The translations under genes and the position numbers were made by a program. From Elusimicrobiota bacterium (GTDB lineage Bacteria; Elusimicrobiota; Elusimicrobia; FEN-1173): DNA of 64,000 bases. Shown here one piece after another: positions 37,635 through 48,379 of this stretch (positions within the stretch are counted from its first letter, which is position 1; every line of letters begins with the position of its first letter). The notes beneath the pieces were generated by a model that saw nothing but the letters and a program-made list of their open reading frames with translations, ran no database searches and had not been told where the DNA came from. The stretch is taken from the NCBI GenBank assembly GCA_016788905.1, contig JAEURZ010000001.1:118944-182943 (forward strand), read 5' to 3'.

Positions 37635-38348
37635 TCAGCGGGGCCGGAAGGAACGAGCGGCGAAGCGGGTTCGAAGCAAGAGAATCCAATCCATCAACCC
37701 GTTCCGTAACCGAACACAGTCGGCGAACACTTTATGATAGAGGACTCGATCCATGTGCCGTCGTGGAAGCCGGGACAGAAGGCTCACACACGCTTCGGCG
37801 CTGATCAACCCCTGCCGACATCGGACAATGTTGCCCTTGGCCCCAAAAGGATCATAGCCCGCCCGATGACCGAGAGCCACGAGGCGAGGAATGGCCCGCG
37901 CCCGATCGTCCGCTTCCGGAAGAATTTTTTGAAACTGTTTGTGGGAGGGACTTTTATACACTTTGGCGAGGATTTTCACGAAACGGACTTCCACCAATTC
38001 CGACATCTGGCGGGAAAATTCTGCCGCTTGCAGGAAGAGGGGCAATCGTTCGGGATCGGCCCCGGGGTGCCAGAAGGGAAGCCCTACCGCCCCGTCCGGA
38101 CCCAAAACCTGATCCAACGCAAAAGGCCGCGGGGGAGACTCGGGATTGTCCGGATCCATTCCAAACTGGTGAAGAACGCGACGAAAAGAAAGGCCCGGGT
38201 CCACGGAAGGGCGTTCCGACGGCCGCCCCACACGACGACGACGGGCGGAGGTCAATCGGTCTTGGGCTTCAAAGAAACGTTCCCAGTCCTCTTCTTCCCA
38301 AGCACGGTCAAAGTTGATGCCATTAAAGTAATCGGGTTCCGGCGCCAT
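37635..38348 (-). CDS. hypothetical protein (Trp/Arg-rich, acidic N-terminus)
   Basis: 237-aa ORF in an operon-like position downstream of yjbQ. No recognisable family. Confidence 0.45.
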   Translation of the reverse strand: MAPEPDYFNGINFDRAWEEEDWERFFEAQDRLTSARRRRVGRPSERPSVDPGLSFRRVLHQFGMDPDNPESPPRPFALDQVLGPDGAVGLPFWHPGADPERLPLFLQAAEFSRQMSELVEVRFVKILAKVYKSPSHKQFQKILPEADDRARAIPRLVALGHRAGYDPFGAKGNIVRCRQGLISAEACVSLLSRLPRRHMDRVLYHKVFADCVRLRNGLMDWILLLRTRFAARSFRPR

Positions 38349-38384
38349 AGGAAACTATTATACCACACTCCGTCGTCGGAGAAA

Positions 38385-38795
38385 TCACTCTCCTAAGATT
38401 TTAACCACCACACGTTTCCGCCGTTGACCGTCAAACTCCATGTAAAAGACCTGTTCCCAGGGGCCTAAATCCAACGTCCCTTTTGTGATCGGCAGGGTCA
38501 CTTGATGGCCTATCAGCGTTCGTTTCAAATGGGCGTCCCCATTGTCTTCGCCGGTCTGGTGGTGGAGATAGTCCCCCGCGGGCGCCAGCTTTTCCAACCA
38601 CACCATCACGTCCTCTTTTAAACCCGGTTCCTCATCGTTCACCCAAATGGCGGAAGTAATGTGCATGGCGGAGACCAAACAAATCCCTTCTTGTACACCA
38701 CTGGATTGAACGTGATCCGCAAGCACGGAAGTGACGTTGATGAGTTCCTTCCGTTTTTTTGTAGTGAACCAAAGATACTCTGTTCGGCTTTTCAT
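38385..38795 (-). CDS. yjbQ: YjbQ/UPF0047 family protein (secondary thiamine-phosphate synthase-like)
   Basis: 136 aa with the conserved ...[20 protein letters not shown]...[17 protein letters not shown]... pattern of UPF0047. Confidence 0.8.
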   Translation of the reverse strand: MKSRTEYLWFTTKKRKELINVTSVLADHVQSSGVQEGICLVSAMHITSAIWVNDEEPGLKEDVMVWLEKLAPAGDYLHHQTGEDNGDAHLKRTLIGHQVTLPITKGTLDLGPWEQVFYMEFDGQRRKRVVVKILGE

Positions 38796-39685
38796 AAGGT
38801 CTCCTTTTCCCCCCCGTGACGAAACCGCCCCGCCACCCAGGCCTTCGCGACCAAAGAGACCAGAGCGCCCATCACCAGAAGAGACGCCACCGCAAAAGCC
38901 GCGGCAAATTGGTAATCGTCGTAAAGGACTTCGATATGGAGGGGCACGGTGTTGGTTCGACCGCGAATGTGGCCGCTGACAACGGAAACGGCCCCAAACT
39001 CACCCACCGCACGGGCGGAGGACAGGATAACCCCGTAGAGAAGGCCCCACTTAATTTTAGGAAGAGTCACCCGCCAAAACATTTGCCAGCCGTTGGCCCC
39101 CAACACATGGGCCGCTTCCTCCTCCTCCGTTCCCTGGGCTTGCATGAGCGGGATTAATTCCCGTGCCACGTAGGGAACGGTCACAAACGTCGTGGCCAAG
39201 AGAATCCCAGGCACCGCAAAGATCACCGAAATCCCGTGGGCGGTGAGCCAGGGGCCCCACCACCCGTGAGCCCCCAATAGGAGAACAAAGATCAAACCAG
39301 CGATCACGGGCGAAATGGAAAAGGGCAGATCAATCACCGTTAGAAAAATGTTTCGGCCCGGAAACCGGAACCGGGCCACGGCCCAGGCAGCGGCCATTCC
39401 GAACACCGTGTTCAGCGGAACCGCCACCCCGGTGGCCAGGAGAGTGAGGAGCACCGCCGAGCGCGCGTCCGGGTTCCACAGGGCGGCCGCGTACACACGA
39501 AATCCCTCAGAGAACGCGTTCACAAAAATAGCGAGGAGCGGAAGAAGAAGAAAGAGACCAAGAAACAGAAAAACGATCGCCAACAAGAACCAACGGGTTC
39601 GGATTGATCCAGGAGTTTCCTCATTCAACGAAGGACCACTGACGGTGGGGATCACGTGGCCGCTCCTTGTCGACGTCGTGTCCAC
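38792..39685 (-). CDS. cysW: sulfate/thiosulfate ABC transporter permease CysW
   Basis: ABC TM permease with the EAA loop region. High similarity pattern to CysW. Follows cysT. Confidence 0.8.
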   Translation of the reverse strand: MDTTSTRSGHVIPTVSGPSLNEETPGSIRTRWFLLAIVFLFLGLFLLLPLLAIFVNAFSEGFRVYAAALWNPDARSAVLLTLLATGVAVPLNTVFGMAAAWAVARFRFPGRNIFLTVIDLPFSISPVIAGLIFVLLLGAHGWWGPWLTAHGISVIFAVPGILLATTFVTVPYVARELIPLMQAQGTEEEEAAHVLGANGWQMFWRVTLPKIKWGLLYGVILSSARAVGEFGAVSVVSGHIRGRTNTVPLHIEVLYDDYQFAAAFAVASLLVMGALVSLVAKAWVAGRFRHGGEKETL

Positions 39686-40500
39686 GCTTGAAATGAATTG
39701 ATGGTGAGCAGGAGAGCGAAGGAAAGACCCAACATGACCACCGCCAACGCGGACGCCCCGGCCACGTCATACTGTTCAAGTTTCGTCATGATCAAGAGGG
39801 GAACAATTTCGGTCCGAAGCGGCATGTTCCCCGCAATGAACACCACGCTCCCGTATTCCCCGATCCCCCGGGCAAAAGCCAACGCGAAACCCGTTAGGAG
39901 CGGAGGCACAAGAGGGGGAAGGATCACGCGGCGAAAAATCTGAAACGGACTTGCCCCCAATGTTTTAGCGGCTTCTTCCATGTCCCGGTCCAGATCTTCC
40001 AACACCGGTTGGAGCGTCCTCACCACGAAAGGAAGTCCAATAAAAACGAGGGCAATCACAATGCCTAAGCGCGTGAACGCCACCGGCAATCCTACGAACG
40101 CCAACGGAGCCCCCAGCCAACCGGAGGGGCTGTACAGTTCCGTTAACGTTAGCCCCGCCACCGCCGTTGGCAACGCGAACGGAAGGTCCACGAGACCATC
40201 CACGATTCGTCGCCCTGGAAACCGGTAACGGATGAGCGCCCACGCCACAAGAAACCCAAAAACCCCGTTCAGCGCCGCCGCCGCGGCCGCCGTTCCAAAA
40301 GTAACACGGAACGCCGCTAAAGCCCGGGGCGAAGTGACGATCTGAATAAATTCCAATCCCGACATTTTTCCGGCATTCACCAAAAGAGCGGACAAAGGCA
40401 AAAGGACCAACAGTCCCAGGTAAAATACAGCGTAGCCCAGGGAAAGACCCAATCCAGGCAACGGACTGGACCTTCGCCTTTTTCGGTTAGCGCGGATCAT
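39652..40500 (-). CDS. cysT: sulfate/thiosulfate ABC transporter permease CysT (CysU)
   Basis: [23 protein letters not shown]-terminal signature of CysT. The start is set at ATG 40500 to avoid a 77-nt overlap with sbp. The upstream ATG at 40563 remains possible. Confidence 0.8.
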   Translation of the reverse strand: MIRANRKRRRSSPLPGLGLSLGYAVFYLGLLVLLPLSALLVNAGKMSGLEFIQIVTSPRALAAFRVTFGTAAAAAALNGVFGFLVAWALIRYRFPGRRIVDGLVDLPFALPTAVAGLTLTELYSPSGWLGAPLAFVGLPVAFTRLGIVIALVFIGLPFVVRTLQPVLEDLDRDMEEAAKTLGASPFQIFRRVILPPLVPPLLTGFALAFARGIGEYGSVVFIAGNMPLRTEIVPLLIMTKLEQYDVAGASALAVVMLGLSFALLLTINSFQAWTRRRQGAAT

Positions 40501-41476
40501 AAATCTGGTCGAAAAGGCCCCCGTCTGAGAAATGGACCCGTTGGGCGGTTTCCCAATCCCCAACGATTTCCTTCACGGTAAAGAGTTCCATGGGGGGAAG
40601 GGGGCTCCGGATGTCTGGACGAGACGGTCGAAAAAAGTGCTGAACCGCGAGCTCTTGGGCAACGTCAGAATAGAGGAATTCCAAATAGGCGGTGGCCAGC
40701 GCCCGGGTGCCCCGTTGGTCAACAACGTGATCCACCACCGCCACGCAAGGTTCCGCTTGAACGCTGAGGGAAGGACGGATGAGCTGAAACCTCTTCTCCC
40801 CAAAATCCCGCTGAATGAACAGTGCTTCGTTTTCCCAGGCGATCAGAACATCGCCCAATCCCCGCCGCACAAAAGACATGGCGGACCCTCGCGCCCCTGA
40901 ATCGAGGAGAGGGACATTGCGATAGAGTTTTCCCACAAACGCCTGAGCGCTCGCTGGGGACTGGTCCCTTTTCAAGGCATAGCCCCAAGCGGCAAGATAG
41001 TTCCACCGGGCGCCACCGGACGTTTTGGGGTTAGGCGTGATCACGGAAATCCCCGGCCGAACGAGGTCCTCCCAGCCGTGAATATTTTTGGGGTTCCCCG
41101 CACGAACAAGAAAGACGACCGTCGATGTGGCGGGAGAACTGTTGTTCGGAAAACGACCCCTCCACTCCGATGAAATTTTTCCAGACCGCGTCACGATCGC
41201 GTCGATATCCGACGCCAAGGCGAGAGTGACCACGTCGGCTTCCAGTCCATCAATGACCGAACGCGCTTGTTTGGCCGACCCCCCATGGGATTGGCGAACA
41301 GAAACAGACTCGCCGGTCTTTTCTTTCCAGTGGGATTGAAACAGTCGCCCGTAATCTTGAAAAAACGTGCGGGTGGCATCATAGGAAACGTTTAAGAGTT
41401 CCGTGGAATCCTTCGAATAAACAGCGGGAACAAACGCCCCACAAAGAAGAGAGACCCCAAAGAGGATTCTTCTCAT
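40487..41476 (-). CDS. sbp: sulfate-binding periplasmic protein (Sbp/CysP)
   Basis: Signal peptide ([21 protein letters not shown]) and the sulfate-binding protein fold pattern. The start is set at ATG 41476. Confidence 0.8.
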   Translation of the reverse strand: MRRILFGVSLLCGAFVPAVYSKDSTELLNVSYDATRTFFQDYGRLFQSHWKEKTGESVSVRQSHGGSAKQARSVIDGLEADVVTLALASDIDAIVTRSGKISSEWRGRFPNNSSPATSTVVFLVRAGNPKNIHGWEDLVRPGISVITPNPKTSGGARWNYLAAWGYALKRDQSPASAQAFVGKLYRNVPLLDSGARGSAMSFVRRGLGDVLIAWENEALFIQRDFGEKRFQLIRPSLSVQAEPCVAVVDHVVDQRGTRALATAYLEFLYSDVAQELAVQHFFRPSRPDIRSPLPPMELFTVKEIVGDWETAQRVHFSDGGLFDQIYDPR

Positions 41477-41531
41477 TGAGGCCGATCCATCCTGGAGAAA
41501 AGGAATCGTCATGAATTCGTCGAGAGCGAAT

Positions 41532-42830
41532 CTAGAAAGCGATTTGTGTCCGAAGGAAGAGGGCGTTTTCCGGAACGCGTCGACCGTTGGGTGCCCCACC
41601 CGAAAAAGACGTGTAGGTATAATTGATCACCGTTTTAAGCAAAGAGTTGGGGTACCAGTTCACCCCGCCGGTCCACGCGCGCGCTTCCCGGGCCGACGTC
41701 GCGGCATCCGCCACGTTCATTTCAAAAGCCGATTCATCCGCCGTAAATCGGCTCACACGCACCGAACACTCCACCGCTCCCCAGGTCCCCCGGGACGGGT
41801 CAAAATTCGTTTTTGGTTTTACCCCCTTATAAGTGGGTTGCTCTCCGGTCAGCACGTAAGAAAGGGCCATTTGCCAGGCCGTATTCGTCAAATGGGTTAT
41901 CCTTTGGGTAGAGGTGTGCTGGACTTCTTGATAGGAGACCACGTACTCCCCTAAAAATCCTAATCCCGCACCATACCAGTACATCTGGGGCGAAATCCGT
42001 TGATGTTTCCCCTGAGCCACCGCGTTCGTGTAACTGAAAAAAGTATTCTGACCTTCGGTTTTGAATCCCGCGGGAAGCGGCGTCCCCTTTTCCCGACCAC
42101 GGGTTTCGGCCACACCCAGCCCCAAATCACGGAGGAGGGAGGAGGAACCTTTCAGGGGCTCGACGAAGAGGCGGGCCGAAACCGTTTTGCCATCCGCGTG
42201 ATCGGCCGCCACACCCGCACCGTCTGGAGCCCCATTGGAAACGCTCACAGCGTAACTCACCCGCCCCTGGGAAAGAACGCCGTGGATTTGAGCCCCTTCG
42301 TCATACCCTGGAACAAGATTGGTGGGAAGGCCTCTCTCCACAAAGGTCAAACGCGTACTGGCCTGAAGATTTTCCAGACCCACTGGCGGCTTGTACCGCC
42401 CCAAACGAAACGTGGCTTCCGGGGAAACAATAAAATCAAAATAGCCATCATCCAAGGAGACAGAACTTCCACCAAAATTCGGTTGGAACCGGGCCTTCAA
42501 AATCCCATACCCATTCATTTCAAACCCCGGCCGCAGACGGCGCAACAAGAAAGTGTCGGTAAAGGATCCCGCCTTATCGGACACATAAAAACGCCCATCC
42601 AGTTGAATATCCCCATAAAATCGAATACCGATGGACCCATCCGGCGATTTCAACGAAAACCCTTCGGCGCCAGCGGTCACGACCGGCTGGTCCGCCCATT
42701 TGTCCTCCAGAGCTTTCTGACGGGCTTCCAGATTGGCCAGTCGGTTTTCCACTTCGGTCGCCGCAGAACACAGGGTCCCTGTCACCACCAACAGCAAACC
42801 CCACCCCCAGACGCTCGCATTCCATTTCAT
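41532..42830 (-). CDS. anion-selective porin, OprO/OprP (phosphate-selective porin O/P) family-like
   Basis: Signal peptide, an N-terminal coiled-coil ([16 protein letters not shown]), then a beta-barrel ending in aromatic-X-F. Confidence 0.6.
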   Translation of the reverse strand: MKWNASVWGWGLLLVVTGTLCSAATEVENRLANLEARQKALEDKWADQPVVTAGAEGFSLKSPDGSIGIRFYGDIQLDGRFYVSDKAGSFTDTFLLRRLRPGFEMNGYGILKARFQPNFGGSSVSLDDGYFDFIVSPEATFRLGRYKPPVGLENLQASTRLTFVERGLPTNLVPGYDEGAQIHGVLSQGRVSYAVSVSNGAPDGAGVAADHADGKTVSARLFVEPLKGSSSLLRDLGLGVAETRGREKGTPLPAGFKTEGQNTFFSYTNAVAQGKHQRISPQMYWYGAGLGFLGEYVVSYQEVQHTSTQRITHLTNTAWQMALSYVLTGEQPTYKGVKPKTNFDPSRGTWGAVECSVRVSRFTADESAFEMNVADAATSAREARAWTGGVNWYPNSLLKTVINYTYTSFSGGAPNGRRVPENALFLRTQIAF

Positions 42831-42846
42831 AGACCGACTCCTTCGC

Positions 42847-43473
42847 CTAGAGGGAAAAAGAATCCCCGGCCGTTATTTTAAATACACCGCTTTCCGCAAA
42901 AAGATTGGGCCACACCCGTGCGCGTCCGTTTCGTGTTACCCCGTACCGCTGTAAGACCCGAAGGCCTTTTTCTCGGCAGAACTCTTCAAAATCGTAAAGA
43001 CTCAAAAAATGGATGTTGGGGGTGTTGTGCCAACGGTAGGGTAAGGCCGGCGATACGGGCGTCCGCCCGCGAAAAAAAACGTCCACCCGTGCCCGCCAGT
43101 GGCACATGTTCGGAAACCCCACGATGGCCTTTCGCCCGACACGGAGAGCTTCTTTCAAGACAAACTCCACGTTCCGGGTTTCCTGCATGCTGTGGTTCAA
43201 GATCACGTAATCGAAAGAACCATCGGGAAATTGACCAAGCCCCCCCTCAATATCACCGTGCAATACGGTCAACCCCTTTTCCACGCATTCGTAGATGGAA
43301 TCCTCTCTCAACTCAACGCCTTGAGCTTTCACACCGCGTTCCTTTTCCAAGAGGGCCAAGAGGTCCCCCTTTTCACATCCCAAATCCAATACCTTGGCCC
43401 CCGGTTCAACCATCTGAAGAATCGCGTGGTGATCGGGGCGCATGGATCGTTTAACCTCGGGATCCGAATTCAA
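42847..43473 (-). CDS. metW: methionine biosynthesis protein MetW
   Basis: SAM-MTase-like MetW pattern (VLDLGCEKGDLLALL). Overlaps metX by 23 nt. Confidence 0.8.
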   Translation of the reverse strand: MNSDPEVKRSMRPDHHAILQMVEPGAKVLDLGCEKGDLLALLEKERGVKAQGVELREDSIYECVEKGLTVLHGDIEGGLGQFPDGSFDYVILNHSMQETRNVEFVLKEALRVGRKAIVGFPNMCHWRARVDVFFRGRTPVSPALPYRWHNTPNIHFLSLYDFEEFCREKGLRVLQRYGVTRNGRARVWPNLFAESGVFKITAGDSFSL

Positions 43474-44584
43474 AGGTCTTGGCCAAAAAAGGCTTAATCA
43501 GTCGGGCTTGTTCATCATACTCCACCAAAAACGCGTCATGACCGTAAGTGGAATTAATTTCCACGTAGGTCACGTCCCCTTGCCGAGATCGCAATGCGGT
43601 CACAATATCACGGGACTGATAAGAGGGGTAGAGCCAGTCGGATTTGAAGGAAATGACAAGAAACCGAGGGATGGGACCACCGGACCCAAACAGCTTATCA
43701 CCGGAAAGATCGAAATAGTCGATGGCGCGGGTCACATAGAGGTAACTGTTCGCGTCAAACCGTCGAACGAAATGGGCCCCCCGGTGGCGCAAATACCCTT
43801 CCACTTCAAACTCCGCATCAAAGGTGAATTTGAACCCTTCGGCTTTAAGCCGTCGGGAAAATTTCTCTTCCATGGACTGGTCCGACATGTATGTGATGTG
43901 TCCAATCATCCGGGCCACCGCCAGCCCCCGTTCCGGCTGACCGTGCCCATAGTATTCCCCCCCCATCCAGTCCGGGTCCGCCATGATGGCTTGACGCCCC
44001 ACTTCATCGAAGGCGATCTGCTGAGGGGAATGCTTGAGCGTGGTGGCCACCGGGATCACGCTTTTAACCCGTTCCGGATAGCTGGCCGCCCACTGGAGTG
44101 CTTGCATCCCCCCCATGGATCCCCCCGCCACGGAAAGCCAAGCGGGGATCCCTAAGTGGTCCATGAGTCGCCGTTGAGCTTCCACCATATCCCCAATGGT
44201 AATGACCGGAAAGTGAAGGCCGTAGGGCTTCCCGTTTTTTGGATCAAGGGAGCCCGGCCCGGTTGAACCGCGACAGCCTCCGATGACATTTGAACACACG
44301 ATAAAATATTTGTCCGTGTCAAAAGCCTTCCCCGGTCCCACAAGGGGGTCCCACCATCCGGGTTTCGGTTCCCCCTTTTCAAGCCCCGCCACATGGGCAT
44401 CACCCGTTAAAGCATGAAGAAGGAGAATAGCGTTCTCTCGTTTTTCATTCAGCCTCCCATACGTCTGATAAGCCAACGTCACGGGTCCCAATTCCTGTCC
44501 CGACGCCAAAACCATCCGATCAAACGTGAAGGTCCGCGTCTCAACAACACCGAGAGCTGAGGGGGTGGGAATCGCTTGTGTCAT
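43451..44584 (-). CDS. metX: homoserine O-acetyltransferase
   Basis: Alpha/beta hydrolase with the MetX signature (GGSMGGMQALQWA; catalytic Ser-Asp-His context). Confidence 0.85.
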   Translation of the reverse strand: MTQAIPTPSALGVVETRTFTFDRMVLASGQELGPVTLAYQTYGRLNEKRENAILLLHALTGDAHVAGLEKGEPKPGWWDPLVGPGKAFDTDKYFIVCSNVIGGCRGSTGPGSLDPKNGKPYGLHFPVITIGDMVEAQRRLMDHLGIPAWLSVAGGSMGGMQALQWAASYPERVKSVIPVATTLKHSPQQIAFDEVGRQAIMADPDWMGGEYYGHGQPERGLAVARMIGHITYMSDQSMEEKFSRRLKAEGFKFTFDAEFEVEGYLRHRGAHFVRRFDANSYLYVTRAIDYFDLSGDKLFGSGGPIPRFLVISFKSDWLYPSYQSRDIVTALRSRQGDVTYVEINSTYGHDAFLVEYDEQARLIKPFLAKTFEFGSRG

Positions 44585-44665
44585 GGGGCACCTAAACCCA
44601 ATTCTCGCCCGGACAGCCGCCTTGAACCATCTGGGCGGCCAGAAACCAGAAGAGATGGTTTTGAA

Positions 44666-45958
44666 TTACGCCTGTTTTAAAGCCTGATCGATATCCGCCA
44701 AGATATCGTCGATATGTTCAAGTCCCACAGAAAGGCGAACGTAGTCTGGGGTCACCCCAGTGGCCTTCTGCTCTTCCGCAGACAGCTGGGAGTGGGTGGT
44801 CGTGGCCGGGTGAATGGCCAAGGTTTTGGCGTCCCCCACATTGGCCAAATGACTGATCAGTTTTAACCGATCAATAAATTTCCGGCCCGCCTCCAAGCCC
44901 CCCTTAATGCCAAACCCCAAAATAGCGCCGGCACCTTTGGGCAGATATTTTTTAACCCGAACCTGCTCAGGGCTGTCCGCCAACCCCGGGTAATTCACCC
45001 AGTTGACCTTTGGATGCTTCTTCATGAAAGTGGCCACGGCCAGCGCGTTTTCCGCGTGGCGCGGCATACGCAGGTGGAGCGTCTCAAATCCTTGAAGGAG
45101 AAGGAACGCGTTAAACGGGGACAGGGCCATCCCGAGATCCCGGAGAAGTGTGACCCGCGCCTTGATGATGTAAGCAATGTTCCCCATGGGCTTTAGGGCT
45201 TCCACAAAATTAATCCCATGATAAGAGGGATCGGGGTCCGCCATCAGCGGAAATTTCCCGTTCGTCCAATCGAATTTTCCGGAGTCCACGATGAGTCCCC
45301 CAATCGATGTCCCGTGACCACCAATAAACTTCGTGGCGGAATACACGGTAATGTCCACCCCGTGATCAAAAGGACGCAGGAGGTAGGGCGAAACGGTGTT
45401 GTCCAAAATGAAGGGGATTCCCGCCTCATGAGCAATGGCGGATATCCCGGCTAAATCCGCCACGTCCAGTTTCGGGTTGCCAATGGATTCCGCGTAGATG
45501 GCTTTGGTTTTCGGTGTGATGGCTTTTTTGATGCTGTCCAAATCGCCCGATTTTGCGAATTTCACCGTCACGCCAAATTTCGGGAACGTGTAATGGAACA
45601 GGTTATAGGTGCCCCCATACAGGTTGTCGGCCGAAACAATTTCGTCTCCCGATTGAGCGATGTTTAAGAGGGCCAGAGAAATTGCCGATTGCCCACTCGA
45701 CACCCCGAGCGCGCCCACGCCCCCGTCCAACGCCGCGATACGTTTTTCCAACACGTCGGTGGTGGGGTTCATGAGCCGCGTGTAAATGTTCCCGAACTCT
45801 TTAAGACCAAACAGGTTGGCCGCGTGTTCGGTGTTCTTAAACTGATAGCTGGTGGTTTGGTAGATGGGAACCGCGCGGGCCCCTGTGGTGGGATCAGACT
45901 CTTGTCCCCCATGCAGCGCTAATGTTTCAGGTTTCAATTGGTGATCAAACTGTGTCAT
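44666..45958 (-). CDS. metY: O-acetylhomoserine aminocarboxypropyltransferase (O-acetylhomoserine sulfhydrylase), PLP-dependent
   Basis: Cys/Met-metabolism PLP enzyme with [11 protein letters not shown] around the PLP-lysine. 430 aa. Confidence 0.85.
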   Translation of the reverse strand: MTQFDHQLKPETLALHGGQESDPTTGARAVPIYQTTSYQFKNTEHAANLFGLKEFGNIYTRLMNPTTDVLEKRIAALDGGVGALGVSSGQSAISLALLNIAQSGDEIVSADNLYGGTYNLFHYTFPKFGVTVKFAKSGDLDSIKKAITPKTKAIYAESIGNPKLDVADLAGISAIAHEAGIPFILDNTVSPYLLRPFDHGVDITVYSATKFIGGHGTSIGGLIVDSGKFDWTNGKFPLMADPDPSYHGINFVEALKPMGNIAYIIKARVTLLRDLGMALSPFNAFLLLQGFETLHLRMPRHAENALAVATFMKKHPKVNWVNYPGLADSPEQVRVKKYLPKGAGAILGFGIKGGLEAGRKFIDRLKLISHLANVGDAKTLAIHPATTTHSQLSAEEQKATGVTPDYVRLSVGLEHIDDILADIDQALKQA

Positions 45959-46182
45959 CGTTGAACTCCATTGGGGCGGGAAAAAAAGAAACCCGCGCCG
46001 TAAGTTGCGGTGCGGGCCATCAGAAAATCGTGAGGGACTCGGACCGTTTTAGCACCCTGTTTGACCCATCCCCCTCTCTGAACTGAAAGGGAAGACAGCA
46101 CCGCGCAAAACGCCACACGATGTTACCTCTCGGTAAAAGCCGGCCGGGGCAAGTTGGAAATTAAAGCCTCGCCGTTACACCG

Positions 46183-46212
46183 ATCGTACCATAGCATAAC
46201 CCGCCCTGTCAA
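46183..46212 (-). promoter_or_regulatory. candidate sigma-70 promoter (TTGACA-N18-TACGAT on the minus strand) for metYXW, with a ~215-nt leader
   Basis: -35 at 46207-46212 and -10 at 46183-46188 on the minus strand. The leader ends in a U-rich-loop hairpin just before the metY RBS. Confidence 0.3.
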
Positions 46213-46275
46213 ATTCAAGAAGGGTGTAACGCAAAACACTTTGGGGGAAAGGACCGCGAATAAGAGAGCATCCTT

Positions 46276-47268
46276 TTATTCGTTTAAATTCCGAGGGAGT
46301 CCAGGGGGGAATTTCTTAGGGGTGGGAGGTTTCGTTTCTGGGCCAAACCGAAACGTGAGAGAAAATTGATGGCTGAGCCCCAAATCTCCTAAAGTGACGA
46401 GAGCGTAATCCACATCAAATAAAGCATGGCCAAATCCGATCCCCCCGCTGAACCCACTTAGGGAATCCATTCCTTTGGCCCGGGTGTTGTAGCCCCCTCT
46501 CAAGAACACATCCAGAGATCCATCCAACGGGACATGGTATTCTCCCCCTAGAGCGGAATAGATATCCCCCGCTATTGGGAAAACAATATCCGCCGCGAAA
46601 TTCCACTGGGCGTTGGCCTCAAACCGGACGCCCGCTCGACCTTGCGTGGGAAGAGATTCCGATTTCGATTTGTATTTAATCTCCGGACCCAGATTTGAGA
46701 CCACGGCGGCCAAACGCACCGTTTGATCCATAAGTGGGGGGGAAAGAATTCCGGCATCGCCGGCAAAGGTGGACGCGGTGTCCGAGAGTGAGGAACGGAT
46801 GTATTTTCCCCCCACACCCAAAAACGTGCCGCCAAATTCGCCCGCGTATCCGAAAGACAGGGCCGCGTCGTTGGGGGAAAAGTTTCCTGTGGTGTTGCCT
46901 TCCGTATCAATACGTTCGAGACGGCCCTGAGAAAGGAATTGAGCGCCGACACCAAAAGCCCCCGTGCGACCGACCCGCCGCCCCACTCCAACAAAATCAA
47001 AAAAACTTGACCCCACATAGGAAGAGTGAAACATCGAGACGGTTGGACGAATCAATCGGCGAAGCGCGGCAGGGTTCGATAGGACGGCAGTGGCATCGTC
47101 CACAACCGCCACCTGAGCTCCTCCCATCCCAGCGGAGCGAGCGCTTACATCTAAAGTCAAAAAAGGAAGAGCGGAGGATTTCCCTTCGCTCCATCCAGGA
47201 GAAACCCCATACCCCACTAAAAAAACACACCCAAGGATAACAGGTCGAAAGGGGAGGCCCCCTTTCAT
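46276..47268 (-). CDS. outer-membrane beta-barrel protein, FadL/PorV-like superfamily (tentative)
   Basis: Signal peptide. N-proximal SARSAGMGGA...DDATAVLSNPAAL motif resembling FadL/TodX-type transporters. C-terminal aromatic residue. Confidence 0.5.
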   Translation of the reverse strand: MKGGLPFRPVILGCVFLVGYGVSPGWSEGKSSALPFLTLDVSARSAGMGGAQVAVVDDATAVLSNPAALRRLIRPTVSMFHSSYVGSSFFDFVGVGRRVGRTGAFGVGAQFLSQGRLERIDTEGNTTGNFSPNDAALSFGYAGEFGGTFLGVGGKYIRSSLSDTASTFAGDAGILSPPLMDQTVRLAAVVSNLGPEIKYKSKSESLPTQGRAGVRFEANAQWNFAADIVFPIAGDIYSALGGEYHVPLDGSLDVFLRGGYNTRAKGMDSLSGFSGGIGFGHALFDVDYALVTLGDLGLSHQFSLTFRFGPETKPPTPKKFPPGLPRNLNE

Positions 47269-48374
47269 TTCGTTTTAATCCCGTCCCGGAGAGATCGATC
47301 GATTTTCGCCCCGATGTAATCCCCCCCCCGTCGTGCCCATTTTTCAAGGTTCTTTTTATCTTCGATTTTACCTTCCAAAACTTTGTATAGGATTTGCTGA
47401 ACACTTGAGGCGATGCCCACATGGGGATCCCGAATAGACCCGTTCATGGGGACCACAAAGGAAAGATAGGGGATAGCCATCACATCTTTAAACCGTTTCA
47501 CGGAAAGACCAAGGATTTCTTTCCGTGAAGAAGACACCTCCACTTTCAAATCCGTGATTTGAACCAAATGGCTTGCGGTGAGCCAATCGTCCTTGCACGT
47601 TAATGAGGTTTTCAAATCAACCCGACCATCCGTGACCCGGACATCCCCATTCCCTGTTAAAAACCGCGCCAAAGGATCGATGGGCCAATTTTTAAGGGAA
47701 CATTCCCCGTTCAGGTTGACCCCTGGGCGCACCCGGTCCATCTCCAAACTTACCGAAACCGCACCAGGTAATTCGGATTCGTTTATCCCGTCCACCTTGA
47801 GTTGATAGGCCCCCCCTATCCCCTCGGCCCGCCCCTGTTGGGTCAGGCGGGCCTCCACCTGACGAAGCCCCCAGGAACCGTTCGAATCACGGTTCACCAA
47901 CCGAACTTGCCCATGGGTGATGGAGATTTCAGAAATGGGGAGCCGATGGACCCACACCGGGAACCGCTGAGAAAAATCAGTTAATCCACTCGCGACCCCC
48001 TTGAACGAAAAAGAAAATTCCACCAAGGGATTTTCAAAGTGGAGCGAGCGAACCACCCCACGTCCGGCGAGGAGTTCACGAAAAGGGATGTCCACTTTTA
48101 TTTCAGGAACAGACAACGAGAGCCGTTCTCCTTTCAACCGCAGGTCCGTGAGGCGAAGACGGCCGCGCCACACGTCCACGCGAACCGTTTCAAAAGTGGC
48201 CTCCGGTCGATCAAAAACATAGGTCCGGAGGTAACCCTCAAGACCTGACGAAACCACGCCATTTAAAAACCACAGAAAAACGCCCAGCACTCCCGCGGAG
48301 AAACCCACCCCCAACAGGAGGCCCACCAGCAACCCGACCCGTGTTCCCCCTCGATTCGAACGCGCGCGAATCAT
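47265..48374 (-). CDS. membrane-anchored AsmA-like/DUF748-like protein (tentative)
   Basis: N-terminal TM anchor, then a beta-rich periplasmic domain of about 330 aa. ATGA overlap with the downstream OM protein gene. Confidence 0.4.
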   Translation of the reverse strand: MIRARSNRGGTRVGLLVGLLLGVGFSAGVLGVFLWFLNGVVSSGLEGYLRTYVFDRPEATFETVRVDVWRGRLRLTDLRLKGERLSLSVPEIKVDIPFRELLAGRGVVRSLHFENPLVEFSFSFKGVASGLTDFSQRFPVWVHRLPISEISITHGQVRLVNRDSNGSWGLRQVEARLTQQGRAEGIGGAYQLKVDGINESELPGAVSVSLEMDRVRPGVNLNGECSLKNWPIDPLARFLTGNGDVRVTDGRVDLKTSLTCKDDWLTASHLVQITDLKVEVSSSRKEILGLSVKRFKDVMAIPYLSFVVPMNGSIRDPHVGIASSVQQILYKVLEGKIEDKKNLEKWARRGGDYIGAKIDRSLRDGIKTK

Positions 48375-48379
48375 ACCCG

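Noticed and set aside
45959-46200. SAM riboswitch (S-box / SAM-II / SAM-IV) in the metY leader
   Set aside because: I searched the reverse complement for the conserved cores (GAGGGA...GCAACC, GGUGCC etc.) and did not find them. Only a generic long leader plus hairpin is reported.
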